Both the position numbers and the translations under genes were made by a program. A stretch of DNA of 63,595 nt, the filler included, from Clostridiaceae bacterium (lineage in GTDB: Bacteria; Bacillota; Clostridia; CAYPLH01; DUMO01): NCBI GenBank assembly GCA_012839865.1. It is 3 parts of 3 records of this genome, joined end to end, with 100 filler letters (N's around TTAATTAATTAA, not from the genome) between each part and the next. Parts side by side here need not be neighbours in the genome. Positions count along the whole stretch, not along the records: positions 40,816 to 63,595 come from DUMO01000011.1; 2 more parts are not named here. One strand, given 5' to 3'. Positions within the stretch are counted from its first letter, which is position 1. Each line of letters starts with the position of its first letter. Positions 53,132 to 62,287 of the stretch are shown piece by piece. The notes under the pieces were generated by a model, which worked only from the letters and a program-made list of their open reading frames with translations, did not search any database and was not told the DNA's origin.

Positions 53132-53193
53132 CTTCCCACTACCAAGCGGATTCGGGACTTACACCCGTTGGAGCATGAGCTCACCGGACGCAT
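53132..53193 (-). mobile_element. 5'-end remnant of a class C (IIC) group II intron
   Basis: Minus strand ATGCGTCCGG...GGGTGTAAGTCCCGAATCCGCTTGGTAGTGGGAAG resembles IIC 5' ends and sits directly after an intrinsic terminator; no RT ORF or domain V seen. Confidence 0.65.
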
Positions 53194-53198
53194 CACAG

Positions 53199-53230
53199 AA
53201 AAAAAGCGGGTTGCAATACCCGCTTTTTTA
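53199..53230. terminator. Bidirectional intrinsic terminator between lctD-like gene and sulfatase
   Basis: AAAAAAGCGGGT-TGCAAT-ACCCGCTTTTTT. Confidence 0.85.
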
Positions 53231-53378
53231 TTTTTGATGGCTGCTATAAAAGAAGCCTTTGATTAGTTTTTGTACTATTAAGACATCCATGACATTTGCC
53301 TGACACACATGAATGTATGAAAACAATCCGCGGAGAAGTAATCTGTTTCACATTAACCATCCTCATGACACAAAAGTA

Positions 53379-53403
53379 TGTCAAAAGAACCGTCCCTATG
53401 ACA
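53379..53403. repeat. REP-like hairpin, inverted copy
   Basis: TGTCA-AAAGAACCGTCCCTA-TGACA (reverse complement contains GGGACGGTTC). Confidence 0.65.
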
Positions 53404-53469
53404 ACTTAACCGTTCCCATGGCACTGTAAAGAAACAGAAGAAGGCAAAGGGAGCAGCCAACCCCCTGGT

Positions 53470-54846
53470 TCAGCCTTCCTCTGTTTTATCGTAGAGGGCG
53501 ATTATATATGGGTGGTCCGGGTTGTACTTTGTCAGCTTTTTTGGATTATTAACCCGGCCTGCTTTACGTATATTTTTCCCGGCAGTGTTTGTGGCGGAAT
53601 CCCCCAAATCCTGCCTGCACTCATTTGCCAAAGCCGTTAATTTATTAACCACATCAGGGAAACCATCATACACATTCCTCGTTTCCCCGGGATCCTCCTC
53701 CAAATTGTACAATGCCTTAAATGGTTCACCATTCTTACAAAAATGCAATTTCCAATTATTGAATCTGACCGCTTCCAGCGAGTCCGTGTAATAATAGAAG
53801 AAGCATTCTCGCTTCTTCTCGGGTTCATTGTACAGCACCGGGCTAATATCAATTCCGTCAACCTTGCCGTCATCAATATTTACACCCGCAAATTTTGCAA
53901 AGGTGGGCAGAAAGTCCATGTTTGTCACGATATTGCTGCATACCTGCCCCGGTTTAATCCTTTTTTTCCAGGTTATAATGCACGGAACACGCTGTCCGCC
54001 TTCCCATGTTGTGCCCTTTCTTCCCCTCAGGGGATGGTTGCTTGCATTATGGTCCCCTCTTGAACCATTATCGGAAGTGAAGATCACAACGGTATCATCA
54101 TAAATTCCCCTCATTTTAAGTTCATTTACTATCACACTGACCGCCCAGTCAACACATTCAACACATGCCCCATAATCACCATTGATGGATTCATTTACAA
54201 ACCTGTCAGGGGCATACAGCGGCAGGTGAACTTGCAGTGGTGCGAAATAAAGAAAAAAGGGATTATTGCTGCTGTTTCTTATAAACCTTATCGCCTGCTC
54301 CACATACCGCTCAATCAGGGCTTTTTGATCAGGCTGTTCCTGAATTATTTCATTGTCTGATATAAGTGGAAGGGGCGGAAATTTTTCATCCAGTTCTTCC
54401 ATTGGGGTATCGTATGCTCTGCGTTGCCGCCCCATATCATTGCTGTATGGCAAACCATAGAAATGGTCAAACCCGTGGTTCGTCGGGAAAAATTCTGGCT
54501 GGTCTCCGCAATGCCATTTCCCGATAATCATTGTTCTATATCCTCCGGCCTTAAGCACCTTTCCTATCGTAAGCTCTTCCGGATTCAACCCTATGCCCTG
54601 TCCCGGTTTTAATACAATTTCATTGTCAAACTTTGCAAACCCGATACGGGGAGGATAACACCCGGTCATTAATGCCCCTCTTGAAGGCGAGCATAAAGGT
54701 GATGCCGCATAAAAGTCTGTAAATCTGATACCTTCTTTGGCAAGCTTGTCAATTGCAGGTGTTCTGTTTGCCAAAGAGCCATAACACCCTAAATCTCCAT
54801 AGCCAAGATCATCACAGTTGAAAAGTATAATGTTTGGCTTCTGCAT
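53470..54846 (-). CDS. Cys-type sulfatase (arylsulfatase A-like)
   Basis: KPNIILFNCDDLGYGDL, CSPSRGALMTG, GKWHCG, PYSNDM, FTSDNG, GTTWEGG. Confidence 0.94.
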   Translation of the reverse strand: MQKPNIILFNCDDLGYGDLGCYGSLANRTPAIDKLAKEGIRFTDFYAASPLCSPSRGALMTGCYPPRIGFAKFDNEIVLKPGQGIGLNPEELTIGKVLKAGGYRTMIIGKWHCGDQPEFFPTNHGFDHFYGLPYSNDMGRQRRAYDTPMEELDEKFPPLPLISDNEIIQEQPDQKALIERYVEQAIRFIRNSSNNPFFLYFAPLQVHLPLYAPDRFVNESINGDYGACVECVDWAVSVIVNELKMRGIYDDTVVIFTSDNGSRGDHNASNHPLRGRKGTTWEGGQRVPCIITWKKRIKPGQVCSNIVTNMDFLPTFAKFAGVNIDDGKVDGIDISPVLYNEPEKKRECFFYYYTDSLEAVRFNNWKLHFCKNGEPFKALYNLEEDPGETRNVYDGFPDVVNKLTALANECRQDLGDSATNTAGKNIRKAGRVNNPKKLTKYNPDHPYIIALYDKTEEG

Positions 54847-54943
54847 AATCAAAATCTCCTTGTCCTGCATTGGTGTGAAACCCGCCGGCCTCCCTTTCTT
54901 TTGGATTGTGAAGGCGGAAGGATGCCTTATTACACCTGTATGG

Positions 54944-54960
54944 TTTATGGCGTATACTTT
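54944..54960. promoter_or_regulatory. Operator-like box upstream of sulfatase
   Basis: TTTATGGCGTATACTTT identical to 49666-49682. Confidence 0.6.
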
Positions 54961-54973
54961 TACAGGCGTTTAT

Positions 54974-56008
54974 TTACTGGCGTTTCAACACTCTCTTGTA
55001 GTTTTCACCAAGCCTGTCCCAAAGCTTCAATGCATCAGGCGCTGCCAATACGGTACCGTAGCCGCCCCGGTATGTCCAGGCAGCAATTCTGTCCACTCCC
55101 ATCGAATCATACAAATCTATTATCTTATCCATCATGCTGAAATCTTCCGGCTGTTTATAATAATTCATTATCCACCGCTCGGATTGCTTGCCATATCTTT
55201 GGGCTGTTTCCACAGTACGGCGGGTAATTTCCTTAAAAAAGGTAAGGGGGAGTTCCCAATTGAGGATGGTCGTTGAAAACACGTCAAAATACGGTGATGC
55301 AGCTACCATATCCCATTTGTCGTAACCCCTCAGCTCGGTTACATAATATGTATTTATGGTGGCATGCACACACATGGTGATTTCATACCGTTTGTCAATT
55401 TCTTTTATCTTTCTTGAGGTATCCTCCAGCAGGAACAAGGCTTCCCTCCAGCGGAAGTTCTTAACGTCGTCATTCATCATTTTGGGCATTTCATACCCAT
55501 AGTAGTCAAAAAACTTTTTCTTGCATACATCGCACCTGCATGTCCAGTCTTCCCCGGCACCACCGGTAATGGACGCATAGGATTTCGGAAGTGCATAGTG
55601 GGGTTCATCCCAAAAGAACCCGTCCGCTTCCGTATCCCGGGCAAGCTTCAGGCAGAAATCCTGAAAATAATCTCTGAAGGAATTGGTATTGAAGCAGGCG
55701 GCAGGCAGTTTTTCCCCGGTCATTGCCGACACTTGCCTGTTATTTATGTTATTCTGCAAAAACAAGCTGACCTGCTCACCACCAAAATATTTACCTATTC
55801 CCCAGGGGTCCAGCAATACTTTGAGTCCCATTTCCTTTGCCTTTTTGACTATTTGGGGTATGGAGGGATACCAGAAATTCATGTCAAATTCCGTTATCGC
55901 CAGAATTACAGTATTGCAGCCGTGCTCCAGCATCTCCTGAAAATCTTTTTCTGCATGTTCTACATAGTTCAATCCGTAGTAACTTATTCCGGTTTGCCTG
56001 ATTGCCAT
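54974..56008 (-). CDS. Putative glycoside hydrolase-like TIM-barrel protein (family unassigned)
   Basis: D..EM...G.NTV, GFFWDEPH (clan GH-A-like acid/base position); located in a sugar cluster. Confidence 0.55.
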   Translation of the reverse strand: MAIRQTGISYYGLNYVEHAEKDFQEMLEHGCNTVILAITEFDMNFWYPSIPQIVKKAKEMGLKVLLDPWGIGKYFGGEQVSLFLQNNINNRQVSAMTGEKLPAACFNTNSFRDYFQDFCLKLARDTEADGFFWDEPHYALPKSYASITGGAGEDWTCRCDVCKKKFFDYYGYEMPKMMNDDVKNFRWREALFLLEDTSRKIKEIDKRYEITMCVHATINTYYVTELRGYDKWDMVAASPYFDVFSTTILNWELPLTFFKEITRRTVETAQRYGKQSERWIMNYYKQPEDFSMMDKIIDLYDSMGVDRIAAWTYRGGYGTVLAAPDALKLWDRLGENYKRVLKRQ

Positions 56009-56122
56009 TTAATCGCCTCCTTTTCAGTTGCTTGTTGCAATTCACAATGCAAATAATGTTGTTTCACCCACCGGCAACTTCACCGTTACTCTACCGGTAA
56101 TGCAACGCGCAAGGTTGCAAGC

Positions 56123-57205
56123 CTATTTTCCAAAGAAGACCGGTTGCTCCTCCAGAATAGATCTGTAACAATTCTGCATTGCCTCAATGGTGCCCCTATG
56201 CCACTCCAGGTTTATTTTCGGCTGCTTTCCTTCGACAATGCAGGAATAGAATTCATCCATCATGCCAATCCACTCATCGAAATAGGTGTATTGAACGGTA
56301 TACCTGTTATTAGGTCCGCCGTTGAAATATACGTTTGGTCCGAAGGCATCAGCCATTAAAACACCCTTTGTGCCTATAATGACAAAATTTACTTCCATTC
56401 TTTTCGGGTAAACCTCCCAGCCTGGTCCGGGAATCTTCAGGCGTTCCTCCAGCCTGCTCCAGGAAGGGTCGAGTATGAATTTGGTGCCGTTATTCATTTC
56501 ACCAATTACATATACCAGATCCTCTTCACATAAATCCGTTCGTATGTTGTGTCCGGCTTCAGCATAAACATATCTGTATTCGGAGCTCGTTGCCCACCTG
56601 ACCAGGTCAAAAATATGCGGGTGGTCTGACAAAGCGCCTCCCCTGAAGCGGTTGTCGTTTTCCTTCAGTTTCATCTTTTTGCCGTAGGACAGCTCCGGTT
56701 TTCCCTGCCATGGAAAAGCCCAGACAGGAGACAGGGTTATATTGGTGGCATTAAAGGATACAATTTCACCGACAGCCCCCTCCTGGATTAGCTTCATCAT
56801 TCGGCTGACAACCGGGTTGTAATGCAGCTCCAGCTCAACCTGGCAAATTATACCGGCACGGTTAACAAGCTCTATCATTCTGTCATATTCATCGAGGTCG
56901 AAGGACGGAATTTTCATGGAAAGTATGTGTTTACCGTATTTGCAGCAGGTCTTAAACTCCTCCAGATGCTTGCTGTTATCCGATGCACATACAACTGCAT
57001 CAATTTCCGGGTGGGTCTTGAGCATTTCATCCAGTGTTTTGTATACCGGCACATTATAGCCAAGGGTCTTGAAATGATTCGATATATTCTCATCTTCACA
57101 AGATACTGCAACCCAATTGATTTTCGGGTTGGTAAAAAGCGTACTGTAATATTTTCTGACATGGGCATGTGTAAGAGAAGATATGGCAACATTAATTCTA
57201 CGCAT
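56123..57205 (-). CDS. Gfo/Idh/MocA family oxidoreductase
   Basis: N-terminal Rossmann fold, HPEIDAVV, GKHILSMKIP, GGALSDH.HIFDL. Confidence 0.88.
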   Translation of the reverse strand: MRRINVAISSLTHAHVRKYYSTLFTNPKINWVAVSCEDENISNHFKTLGYNVPVYKTLDEMLKTHPEIDAVVCASDNSKHLEEFKTCCKYGKHILSMKIPSFDLDEYDRMIELVNRAGIICQVELELHYNPVVSRMMKLIQEGAVGEIVSFNATNITLSPVWAFPWQGKPELSYGKKMKLKENDNRFRGGALSDHPHIFDLVRWATSSEYRYVYAEAGHNIRTDLCEEDLVYVIGEMNNGTKFILDPSWSRLEERLKIPGPGWEVYPKRMEVNFVIIGTKGVLMADAFGPNVYFNGGPNNRYTVQYTYFDEWIGMMDEFYSCIVEGKQPKINLEWHRGTIEAMQNCYRSILEEQPVFFGK

Positions 57206-58007
57206 TTTTATTCCCTCCCTCGCTGAAAGTTACTTTTACTTTTTCTTCATGCTCTCCTGAATTGATAATCGCAATGACAACATCATTAATGTAACTTTTG
57301 TCTTTTTGGAGGGCTTCAAAAGAATCTTTCCCGGAGCAAACCGACATTATGAACCGGACACAGTCGATTTCCGGCTGTGATAACCCGAACAATTCAAAGT
57401 CGGTATCTGTGTAAGTTTTGACATTGCCATCCCCGGAAACGTAAATTGAATGCTGGCTGACCTGGGCGTCTACCGGCAGGTTGGTGACTACCCCGTTTCT
57501 CCCGATAATTTCAAACATGAAGGACGGAATGCTGCCTTGCGGTATTTCACCAATTTCAGCACTTATTCTGATTCCCTTTTCGGTACAGAATATGGCATTC
57601 AAATAATTATTGTCCATTTTCGTTGAAAATACCGTGACAATTTTTTCATCAAAGAAAAATTTAACCAGGTCCACTACCATAACAATCAAGCGGTCCACAT
57701 TCCAGAATCCATCCCTGGGTGTTATGGCCCTGGCTCTCATTCCTACAACATCCTTCACATTGCCGGTCAACAGCACATTCTTCATTTCATTCAGTCTTCG
57801 GTTTGCCCGCCAGAAATACAGGGGCACCGGGGTTCCTTCCGGTTTGTTCGGAAAATTCCGGTCACATAAGGAAAATATGAATTTTTTGCCCTTGTGCTCA
57901 ATAATCAGGCTGCCTTCATTTCCACCTATAATTTTTGTTTCAGGAATTTCATATTTATTCAGCATGTTTTCAAGCGCTGTGCTTATTTTATTAATATCCA
58001 TACGCAT
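57198..58007 (-). CDS. Hypothetical protein resembling the C-terminal domain of Gfo/Idh/MocA enzymes
   Basis: Local similarity to the neighbouring oxidoreductase (helix-G.V..V-strand; DLVKFF vs DLVRWA; FEIIG.NGV vs FVIIGTKGV); no Rossmann fold. Confidence 0.55.
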   Translation of the reverse strand: MRMDINKISTALENMLNKYEIPETKIIGGNEGSLIIEHKGKKFIFSLCDRNFPNKPEGTPVPLYFWRANRRLNEMKNVLLTGNVKDVVGMRARAITPRDGFWNVDRLIVMVVDLVKFFFDEKIVTVFSTKMDNNYLNAIFCTEKGIRISAEIGEIPQGSIPSFMFEIIGRNGVVTNLPVDAQVSQHSIYVSGDGNVKTYTDTDFELFGLSQPEIDCVRFIMSVCSGKDSFEALQKDKSYINDVVIAIINSGEHEEKVKVTFSEGGNKNA

Positions 58008-58046
58008 TACTCCCTCTCTGCTGTTTTCCATTGTGGTTTTTATTGT

Positions 58047-58802
58047 TTAAAGCATTTTAATCCTTGGATAATACTTCTCAATAAATTTTTGGTTGTACGC
58101 ATCCCCACCGGGAATATTTGCGCTGCGCCAAACAGGAGGTTCATACCCTTTTTCCAGGCATTGTTTCACTGTTTCGATTTCGAGACGGTGGGCAATATAG
58201 AAATGCACAATGTTCGATATCGGAGCAATAGGAGTATCAAACCCGGGTAGTTTAACGGCAGCATCTCCAACCGGATTGTAATCATTTATTTTTACATCCA
58301 CCAGGTCAAACAAATTCTTTTTGGAGGAATGCCGCAGTTTGTAATCCATGGGAATGCTTTCCTGCCAGTATGAGCTTGATACTGCAATTATCTTGACACC
58401 ATTTTTTTTGGCTTCAATTGCTGCATCTATCGTGGCTGCATTTATGCCGATATTGTGGAAAATCAGCAAAACATCGTCTTTTTGAAGTCTATAGTATCTT
58501 AAAATCGAATCCCCGTAGTTTTCAGCCCTTTCAAGCTCAAGATATTTAAGAGCCTGATTGAAGACCGACAACCCCGTTTCCATAATGGGATTGATATTGC
58601 ATAATCCTCCGGCTCTGAAAAACATCTCTCCCATTACCAGTGTTGTATGCCCGCCGCCTCCATATACGCTGATAAGCCTGTCGGCTATGATGGCGTCAGA
58701 CATGAGTTCCGCAGCTTTCCTGATGTTTTCGTACTGCTCTTGTTCTACTTTTTTCAGATTATCGATTACTGCGGATAAGTAGCCAAAGCTTCTGTCTTCC
58801 AT
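58047..58802 (-). CDS. SIS-domain sugar isomerase-like protein (UPF0309-like)
   Basis: YGGGGHT..GEMFFRAGGL, IFHNIGINAATID, P.WRSAN.PGGD. Confidence 0.82.
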   Translation of the reverse strand: MEDRSFGYLSAVIDNLKKVEQEQYENIRKAAELMSDAIIADRLISVYGGGGHTTLVMGEMFFRAGGLCNINPIMETGLSVFNQALKYLELERAENYGDSILRYYRLQKDDVLLIFHNIGINAATIDAAIEAKKNGVKIIAVSSSYWQESIPMDYKLRHSSKKNLFDLVDVKINDYNPVGDAAVKLPGFDTPIAPISNIVHFYIAHRLEIETVKQCLEKGYEPPVWRSANIPGGDAYNQKFIEKYYPRIKML

Positions 58803-58919
58803 AATTCATGCCCCCTTTTTATAAAATAATAGGATGTTTTTGTTGCACTGCTTGATATGGCTTTTTTAAGCTTTAAGCTTCATATGAATTTATCTCCCAC
58901 CAACTGCCATAAAACCAAT

Positions 58920-60278
58920 TTACGAAACATCAGCTGATCCGCCTGCAACCAGAAGTTTTTTTAATTTGCCGGTATCAATATCGCCTACCTTTTTCCGGCT
59001 GTCCAGAGCCAGATAAGACGCCGTTCCTGCAGCTTCTCCCAACTGGTTCAGGCTTATCATGATGCGAACCGCACCGAAGGATTCTGTATCACAGTCCAGC
59101 ATTCTTCCACACAGCATTACATTTCCGAATTTGTCCTCATCGGGAACAATTGCTTCAAAAGGTACGCTCCAGTAAAGAGGAAGCTCCGTATCGGTGTTTC
59201 TCCATTTTGTTACAATATTTGGTTTCCCCCATTGCTTGTAGACTTCTGTTCCGTTAAGGTACCTGAAAGTAATGCCCGGCCTGTCTGCACTGTGTATATC
59301 TATAGGATAGCAGCCATGGGCCACCGGGGTTTTGCAGGGCCTGCCGTAAGAGATGTCCTCACCGTTAATCCTGTACCTGCAAATGAAATGGCGGGTCTCT
59401 CTGACTCCCAAAGCCGAGCCTATAGCCACAAGAGCTGCCTCCCGGCCACCGTTGCAATACTTTTTCATAATATCAAGATATCCTCTGATTTGCCTTCGTC
59501 CTTCCATTTCAGCAAAGGTCAGGTCATCGGCTTTTGAACAGTCTGCGCCGAAGATATGCATATAGCAATAATACTTTATATCCGGCATGCCGGGTATGAT
59601 ATCCCGCCAGCCCCAATCTTCCGGAAGGCCATATTCTTCCCTGTGGAGCACGATATTGTTTATAAGTTCCTTTTCATCCGGGGCGCCCTTGTAGATTTTT
59701 GCGCAGGCGGTGGGAGGCTGGATATTTGGCCTGGTGTAGCTCCTGAAGCTTAAATCATGGCACAGGTCTCCGTCACCCGTTGCATCAATAAACTGCTTTG
59801 CAAGAATCACACCCCGTCCGTCCTTGTTTTCTACAAATACACCTTCCAAAACCCCATCCTTTACATATGGCGCGCAATAAAAGGTGTGGAGGTAAGGTTT
59901 TATGTTGTTTTCCCTGATCAGTTCATCAAGTTCTATTTTAAGTTCTTCCGTGTTCAAAACATGATAGTTCTTGCTGTCTGCACCCTCGTCATTGGGTTTT
60001 ATTGCGCCGCCCCTTTTTTTCAGCCGCTGGATGACTTCCCAGGTAAGACCGGCAACGATCTGTTTCTTGCCGGCATCGTCAAGAAGGCTGTGCCATATAT
60101 TAACCATGGCCTGTGTTGCCATTCCGCCGAAAGAGTTTTGTTTTTCAACGATGACAACCTTTGCACCAAGCCGTGCAGCCCGCACAGCGGCAAACACTCC
60201 GGTGCAGCTGCCTCCGAGGACGCAAATATCGGCATCATAAATTACGGGAACACTTTTTGCAGACTCAATAATATTCAT
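58920..60278 (-). CDS. FAD-dependent oxidoreductase (FAD_oxidored family)
   Basis: DICVLGGSCTGVFAAVRAARLG, FIDATGDGDL, GVRETR, YPIDIH, RIM...QLGEAAG. Confidence 0.88.
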   Translation of the reverse strand: MNIIESAKSVPVIYDADICVLGGSCTGVFAAVRAARLGAKVVIVEKQNSFGGMATQAMVNIWHSLLDDAGKKQIVAGLTWEVIQRLKKRGGAIKPNDEGADSKNYHVLNTEELKIELDELIRENNIKPYLHTFYCAPYVKDGVLEGVFVENKDGRGVILAKQFIDATGDGDLCHDLSFRSYTRPNIQPPTACAKIYKGAPDEKELINNIVLHREEYGLPEDWGWRDIIPGMPDIKYYCYMHIFGADCSKADDLTFAEMEGRRQIRGYLDIMKKYCNGGREAALVAIGSALGVRETRHFICRYRINGEDISYGRPCKTPVAHGCYPIDIHSADRPGITFRYLNGTEVYKQWGKPNIVTKWRNTDTELPLYWSVPFEAIVPDEDKFGNVMLCGRMLDCDTESFGAVRIMISLNQLGEAAGTASYLALDSRKKVGDIDTGKLKKLLVAGGSADVS

Positions 60279-60487
60279 ATCTGAACCTCCACATGCGATA
60301 AAATTGATCATATTTTTCTATACAGGGGGTTGAATAATTTTCATATTCAACCCCGGCACGAACTTATCTTTCATTAAGCTGCCAAATACTTTTGGCATTA
60401 TAATTCAAATGAATTTTTCTCTATAAGTGTTATAGTGTCAACAGCCTATTGTATAGCTGCGGCAATATAACTTAAGAGAGTTTACCG

Positions 60488-61351
60488 TTACAGTTTCAAA
60501 TAGTCCCTGAGCACAGCCGCACACTCGCTGTAATCATGGGAGCCTCTTCCGTCTTTGACTCCTGTACGGAGGAGATCCAGAATCCCGTCCAGGACAAAGG
60601 CCGGAACATTGTACTCTTCGTACAATTTTTTGATATATCCAAAATCCTTGAGGGCAAGCTCAAGAGCAAAATCAAGCCTGTACTCACGGTTTGCTATCTT
60701 GGGTCCGTAGAATCTGAATACCCTGCAGTCCATGTTGCTGGAAGCAATCAAATCAAACATGTAACTTGGATTGATACCGTACTTTTCTCCCAGGGTGAAT
60801 ACCTGGGCGTATATTGCGGTATATCCCAGCCCCACGAAATTCATGGCGAGCTTGGCAAAATGACCGGAGCCTGAGCCGCCTACATAATCATATTTTCTGC
60901 AATAACATTTAAACAGTTCTTCACATTCGTCAAAGTCCTTCTTGTCTCCCCCAATCAAGGCAAACAATGTTCCATTGACTGCATCGGCAGGACCGCCAAG
61001 AAGCGGCGCATCCAATACATGTCCACCTTTTTCCTTAAACTCGGCATATATTTTTTTGGTTGATATCGGTAAACTTGTGGAAGCATCAATCAAAAACTTT
61101 CCGCCGACACCTGCTTTCAGGAATTTGGCCGTCAGTTCTTCAACTTCTTTTGAAGAAGGCAATGAAAGGAATGTAACATCGCTTTGCCTAAAGACTTCAA
61201 CAGGGTCTTCCAAAGGTGTCGCTTCATCCTTGAACCTTTCCATTGCCTCACGGCTCAAATCATAAACCCTCATCTCATATCCGTTTTTGATAAGATTTCT
61301 GCACATGCCCGAACCCATTTTCCCGAGTCCGATAAATCCAATCTTTTTCAT
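60488..61351 (-). CDS. NAD(P)-dependent beta-hydroxyacid dehydrogenase (3-hydroxyisobutyrate/tartronate/sulfolactaldehyde reductase family)
   Basis: IGFIGLGKMG, DAPLLGG, GSGHFAKLAMN (catalytic Lys), KDFGY. Confidence 0.9.
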   Translation of the reverse strand: MKKIGFIGLGKMGSGMCRNLIKNGYEMRVYDLSREAMERFKDEATPLEDPVEVFRQSDVTFLSLPSSKEVEELTAKFLKAGVGGKFLIDASTSLPISTKKIYAEFKEKGGHVLDAPLLGGPADAVNGTLFALIGGDKKDFDECEELFKCYCRKYDYVGGSGSGHFAKLAMNFVGLGYTAIYAQVFTLGEKYGINPSYMFDLIASSNMDCRVFRFYGPKIANREYRLDFALELALKDFGYIKKLYEEYNVPAFVLDGILDLLRTGVKDGRGSHDYSECAAVLRDYLKL

Positions 61352-61432
61352 ACCAGATGTCCTCCTGTTAAATAGAAATTTTAAAGTTTATACTTTGACA
61401 GCGCTGATTGTATATACAGGGATTTTTATAAT

Positions 61433-62269
61433 TCAGCCTTTTACAGCACCAATCGTAATACCTTTGGTGAAATACTTCTGGAACGCAATGAACAAAACCA
61501 GCATTGGAACAACCGAGACAACCGAGCCTGCCAGTCTCAAACCATAGTCAGGGTTGATAATCTGAAGCAGAGATGCAATTCCGATAGGCAGTGTCTTAAT
61601 GCTTTCCTTGGTGGTCAGTATCAGTTGCCACAGATAATCGTTCCAGGTACTTATAAATGTCATGATTGCAAGAGCTGCCAACCCGGCTTTCCCTAAGGGC
61701 ATAATTATTTTTATGAATATGGTGACTTCTTTGGCCCCGTCTATCTTGGCGGATTCCCGAAGTTCATCCGGGAGGGACTGATAAAACTGCCTCATCAGGA
61801 AAACGCCCAAAGGGAATGCCGTATTTGGGAGTATCATGCTTGAATATGTACCAATCAAGCCCAAAGCCCGTGTTGTCTGAAACAAGGGTATGAAAATAAT
61901 TTCTTTAGGAATCATTAGAGTTGAAATCAGTATTAAAAACAAGGTGTTTCTCCCAAAGAACTTAAGCTTTGCAAATCCGTAGGCTGATAAAGAACTCATA
62001 ATCACAACAAGAAAAGTTGTGGTGGCCGCAACAAACAGGCTGTTGAAGGTCCATTTCAATGCATTCGTACCCTCAAACAGGTTGGTAAAATTATGGATGG
62101 TAGGCCGTATCGGGAACAACTCCGGAGGTACTTTTACAATCGTATATGTATATTGAAATGAATTTGCGAATGTCCAATACAGGATGAATACGTTGCTCAG
62201 CGCAAAAATTACAATAAAGAAATTAAGGATTAAATCTATCTTGTCTGCTTTTTTCAGCTTTTCCCACAT
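61433..62269 (-). CDS. Carbohydrate ABC transporter permease (MalG-like)
   Basis: NSLFVA, AYGFAKLKF, ELRESAKIDGA EAA motif, WNDYLWQL. Confidence 0.94.
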   Translation of the reverse strand: MWEKLKKADKIDLILNFFIVIFALSNVFILYWTFANSFQYTYTIVKVPPELFPIRPTIHNFTNLFEGTNALKWTFNSLFVAATTTFLVVIMSSLSAYGFAKLKFFGRNTLFLILISTLMIPKEIIFIPLFQTTRALGLIGTYSSMILPNTAFPLGVFLMRQFYQSLPDELRESAKIDGAKEVTIFIKIIMPLGKAGLAALAIMTFISTWNDYLWQLILTTKESIKTLPIGIASLLQIINPDYGLRLAGSVVSVVPMLVLFIAFQKYFTKGITIGAVKG

Positions 62270-62287
62270 TGAGCCAACACCCTCTTC

